A stretch of 64,000 bases of DNA from Candidatus Amesbacteria bacterium. GTDB lineage: Bacteria > Patescibacteriota > Microgenomatia > CAZETR01 > Amesbacteraceae. Positions 61,620 through 64,000 of this stretch are shown one piece after another. The notes under the pieces are model-generated. The model made no database searches, was not told where the DNA came from, and saw nothing but the letters and a program-made list of their open reading frames with translations. The stretch lies in the NCBI GenBank assembly GCA_963736875.1, contig CAVTQH010000004.1, positions 1,793 through 65,792 on the forward strand, written 5' to 3'. Position numbers and translations under genes: made by a program. The first letter of the stretch is position 1, and each line of letters begins with the position of its first letter.

Positions 61620-62967
61620 ATGAAAATAAAATTTTTAGGTGCTGCAGGCACGGTCACCGGTTCAGGATACCTGCTTACGGCAAATTCGGGAGAGCAAATT
61701 CTGATAGATTTGGGTTTATTCCAGGGTTCTCCTGAAATTGATGAATTAAATTACGCCCCGTTGGAAGCTGATTGCAGTCATTTAAGCGGTGGTAGTGCTG
61801 ACCCATGCCCACCTGGATCACTGCGGCAGGTTACCGTTACTGGAAAAGCTTGGATTTAAAGGCGAAATATTTATGACCACACCCACAGCTGAGATCACCG
61901 AAATTTCCCTTTTTGATACAGCCAAAATCAGTCTTGAAGATCATCCCCGAAGAGTTCTTTATGATCAAAACCAGGTATTTGATGTCATTAAACGCTTCAA
62001 AACGATTGAGTACGACCGGACTTTTAATATCGGCGGTTTCCGGGTAACGCTTCGGGATGCGGGCCATATTATCGGTTCTGCCAGTGTAGAAATTGAAACC
62101 GACTCACAAAAAATAGTCTTCAGCGGCGATTTGGGCAATACCCCCGAAGACCTGACCAAACCTACAGAAGCAATAAAGTCGTCAGATATCGTGGTCATGG
62201 AATCAACTTATGGAGATAAATCCCATCCGCCGGGAAAAGCCGAAGAGATCATTCAATCAGAAATTAATGCCGTCGAACAGACAAACGGTACACTGCTTAT
62301 TCCGGCTTTTTCCATAGACCGGACTCAGGAATTACTGCACATTATTTCTCATCTTAAATCCAAAAATCTGATAGGAACACAAACCCCGGTTTATTTGGAT
62401 AGTCCGATGGCTGAAAAAGTGACAATTATCTATGAAAAATACAGGTCCTTTCTCAACGCTGAAATTAATAAGGACTTTTTAACCGCCGACCCTTTTTCAT
62501 TCCCTGGTATGCAAATCATCAGAGACAGAAAGGACAGTTTTAACCTCAATGAGAATATAAATCCAAAAGTGATTATCGCGGGAAGCGGCATGATGACCGG
62601 AGGTCGGATAGTGGATCATGCTAGATTTTTTCTTCCGTTTGCTTCAACCAGACTGCTGATAGTAGGTTACCAGGGCGAAGGTACCCTGGGACGGCAACTT
62701 CTGACCGGGGTTAAAAAAGTCAAGATAGGCAAACAGGTCATATCTATCAATGCCCGGGTCACAGAGACCCAGGTAATGAGTTCACATGCCGATCAGCCGC
62801 GGCTAATAAACTGGCTAAGATCAATCCAGGGGGTCAAAAAAGTTATTCTTACCCACGGCGAAAATAGTCCCCGTGAAGTTCTTGCCGAAAAGATTAAAGC
62901 TGACCTAAATATTCCTGATATTTCTTTGCCTGTATTAAATCAAGAGTTGAATGTCTCCAGTTTTTAA
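61620..62967 (+). CDS. MBL-fold beta-CASP ribonuclease (RNase J/TTHA0252-like), frameshift near 61790
   Basis: MKIKFLGAAGTVTGSGYLL...ILIDLGLFQG, then VVLTHAHLDHCGRLP (HxHxDH), with beta-CASP motifs downstream (ESTYGD, HAD). Confidence 0.65.
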
Positions 62968-63035
62968 ACCCAAAGTTTACGTCAATATTACAGGTTTACA
63001 ATAAGTTTGATATTAATAGATGTGAATACAGACGG

Positions 63036-63326
63036 TTGCATTATATAGGTTATATTAGTATAATACTGAACAGTTTTATGAAAGAAAGAGAAATAAACGC
63101 TTTTTGCCCGCTTTGGTGGCACAAACTGATTTTCTGGAAGAGATGGGTTTACCCGGCCGTATTTGATGAGGTTTTATACAAAAAAACCGCGAAAAACGGA
63201 AAGAATACACACAAAATATCGAAATTTAACCGGATGTTAAGTATTAAATTAATTTCCGGGAAAATAACGAAAACTCACAAAAAAGTCGGGAAGAAGATAA
63301 AAGACCTGGGTTTGATTGAATTCTAA
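63036..63326 (+). CDS. hypothetical small basic protein
   Basis: 96-aa ORF in an AT-rich intergenic-like stretch. Weak support. Confidence 0.2.
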   Translation: MHYIGYISIILNSFMKEREINAFCPLWWHKLIFWKRWVYPAVFDEVLYKKTAKNGKNTHKISKFNRMLSIKLISGKITKTHKKVGKKIKDLGLIEF

Positions 63327-63638
63327 GCCCGGTATCCGCAACGGTTGAAATAATCAGGCTTTGATGATAAAAGAGACTTAACAGTGAAAGAGAAAAAGAA
63401 ATTATGGTTAAATATCGCCGGTTGGGGACTTTTAGCCACGCCTCTTATTGAATTATTCCGCCAAAAATTGATTGTGGGATCGGGTCCCGAATGTATTGCT
63501 GCAGAACTTGCTGCCAGTTTTTTGGGTCTGGTGATATTACTAAAAAATAACTCGGCTAATACCAAATAATTACAGCGGCAGAGATTTATTACTCTTCCTT
63601 GCACTTAAAGGATAAATTGGGTTATAAACTGCAGTAGG

Positions 63639-64000
63639 ATGATCCGACAGTTCTCAGCCGGGGGAGTGGTTTACAAGAAAGAAGCGGGAAAAATATTATT
63701 TCTTTTGAAACGCAACTCACTTACTCCCGGTTATTATGCTTCCGGAGAATGGAGCCTGCCTAAAGGCTGGCTGGATGATGCCGGACTGGACCAACCAGGT
63801 CCGAAAACACTGGGTCTTAAAAGAGCTACCTCTGAGGAAATGCAGTCGGCGGCTTTAAGGGAAGTCAGGGAGGAAACCGGGGTGGAAGCCAAAATTATCA
63901 ACCGCTTGGGTACGGTCCGGTTCTTTTTTGTCGATCATCACCGCGAAAAGGTTCTGAAAACCGTAATTTTTTTCCTGATGGAATATCAAGCGGATTTTCC
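63639..64000 (+). CDS. NUDIX hydrolase (3' end outside window)
   Basis: ATG at 63639 (MIRQFSAGGVVYKK...). Nudix box GLKRATSEEMQSAALREVREETGVEA. Confidence 0.65.
   Translation, partial: MIRQFSAGGVVYKKEAGKILFLLKRNSLTPGYYASGEWSLPKGWLDDAGLDQPGPKTLGLKRATSEEMQSAALREVREETGVEAKIINRLGTVRFFFVDHHREKVLKTVIFFLMEYQADF

Noticed and set aside
63323-63604. 93-aa minus-strand ORF overlapping the small plus-strand ORF 63384-63569
   Set aside because: Neither has recognisable features. The plus-strand one looks slightly more protein-like (hydrophobic helix), but both are too weak to report.
1-64000. Looked for CRISPR arrays, rRNA genes, IS/transposase or integrase genes, and T-box leaders upstream of glyQS/ileS
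   Set aside because: No regularly spaced direct repeats and no transposase or integrase-like ORFs were found. The intergenic regions before glyQS (20 nt) and ileS (30 nt) are too short for a T-box.

Overview
This 64-kb window is a chromosomal segment of a small-genome bacterium. Most of it is about 48-50% GC by eye. It uses the standard genetic code: TGA is a stop, and GTG/TTG starts are common. It is possibly a CPR/Patescibacteria-type organism. The centre (27.0-41.1 kb) is a compact division/cell-wall (dcw) cluster: mraZ-rsmH-ftsL-ftsI-dgkA-mraY-ftsW-murG-ftsQ-ftsA-ftsZ, followed by ileS and a second SEDS gene (rodA-like). It contains no mur ligase genes, and a triple GTGGTA direct-repeat MraZ operator sits over its promoter. 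Downstream lie an FMN reductase, a small alarmone hydrolase-like HD protein, rplU-rpmA, parB and lepB. On both sides are large surface-glycan biosynthesis loci. The upstream locus (0.6-24.5 kb) holds about 6 GT4, 5 GT2, at least 3 GT-C (GT39/83-like) membrane glycosyltransferases, 2 SAM methyltransferases, a hexapeptide acetyltransferase, an O-antigen-ligase-like protein, manC, an initiating sugar-phosphate transferase and a DUF4012-like protein. A second locus (48.8-56.7 kb) has a methyltransferase, a methyltransferase-GT4 fusion, 2 GT2, a Wzx flippase, a GT-C and an O-antigen-ligase-like gene. It lies inside a 13-kb segment bounded by tRNA-Val(CAC) and tRNA-Thr(CGU). That segment also carries an AT-rich stretch encoding a 900-aa secreted Kelch-propeller/LCAT-like lipase. 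A solo Cas4-like PD-(D/E)XK nuclease, a signal peptidase I-CAP fusion, a LysM protein and tRNA-Asp(GUC) follow. No rRNA, CRISPR array, transposase or integrase was seen. More than 30 apparent +/-1 frameshifts, mostly at A/T homopolymers, interrupt genes, including essential ones (ftsI, ftsW, ftsA, ileS). These look like sequencing or assembly indels rather than pseudogenes.
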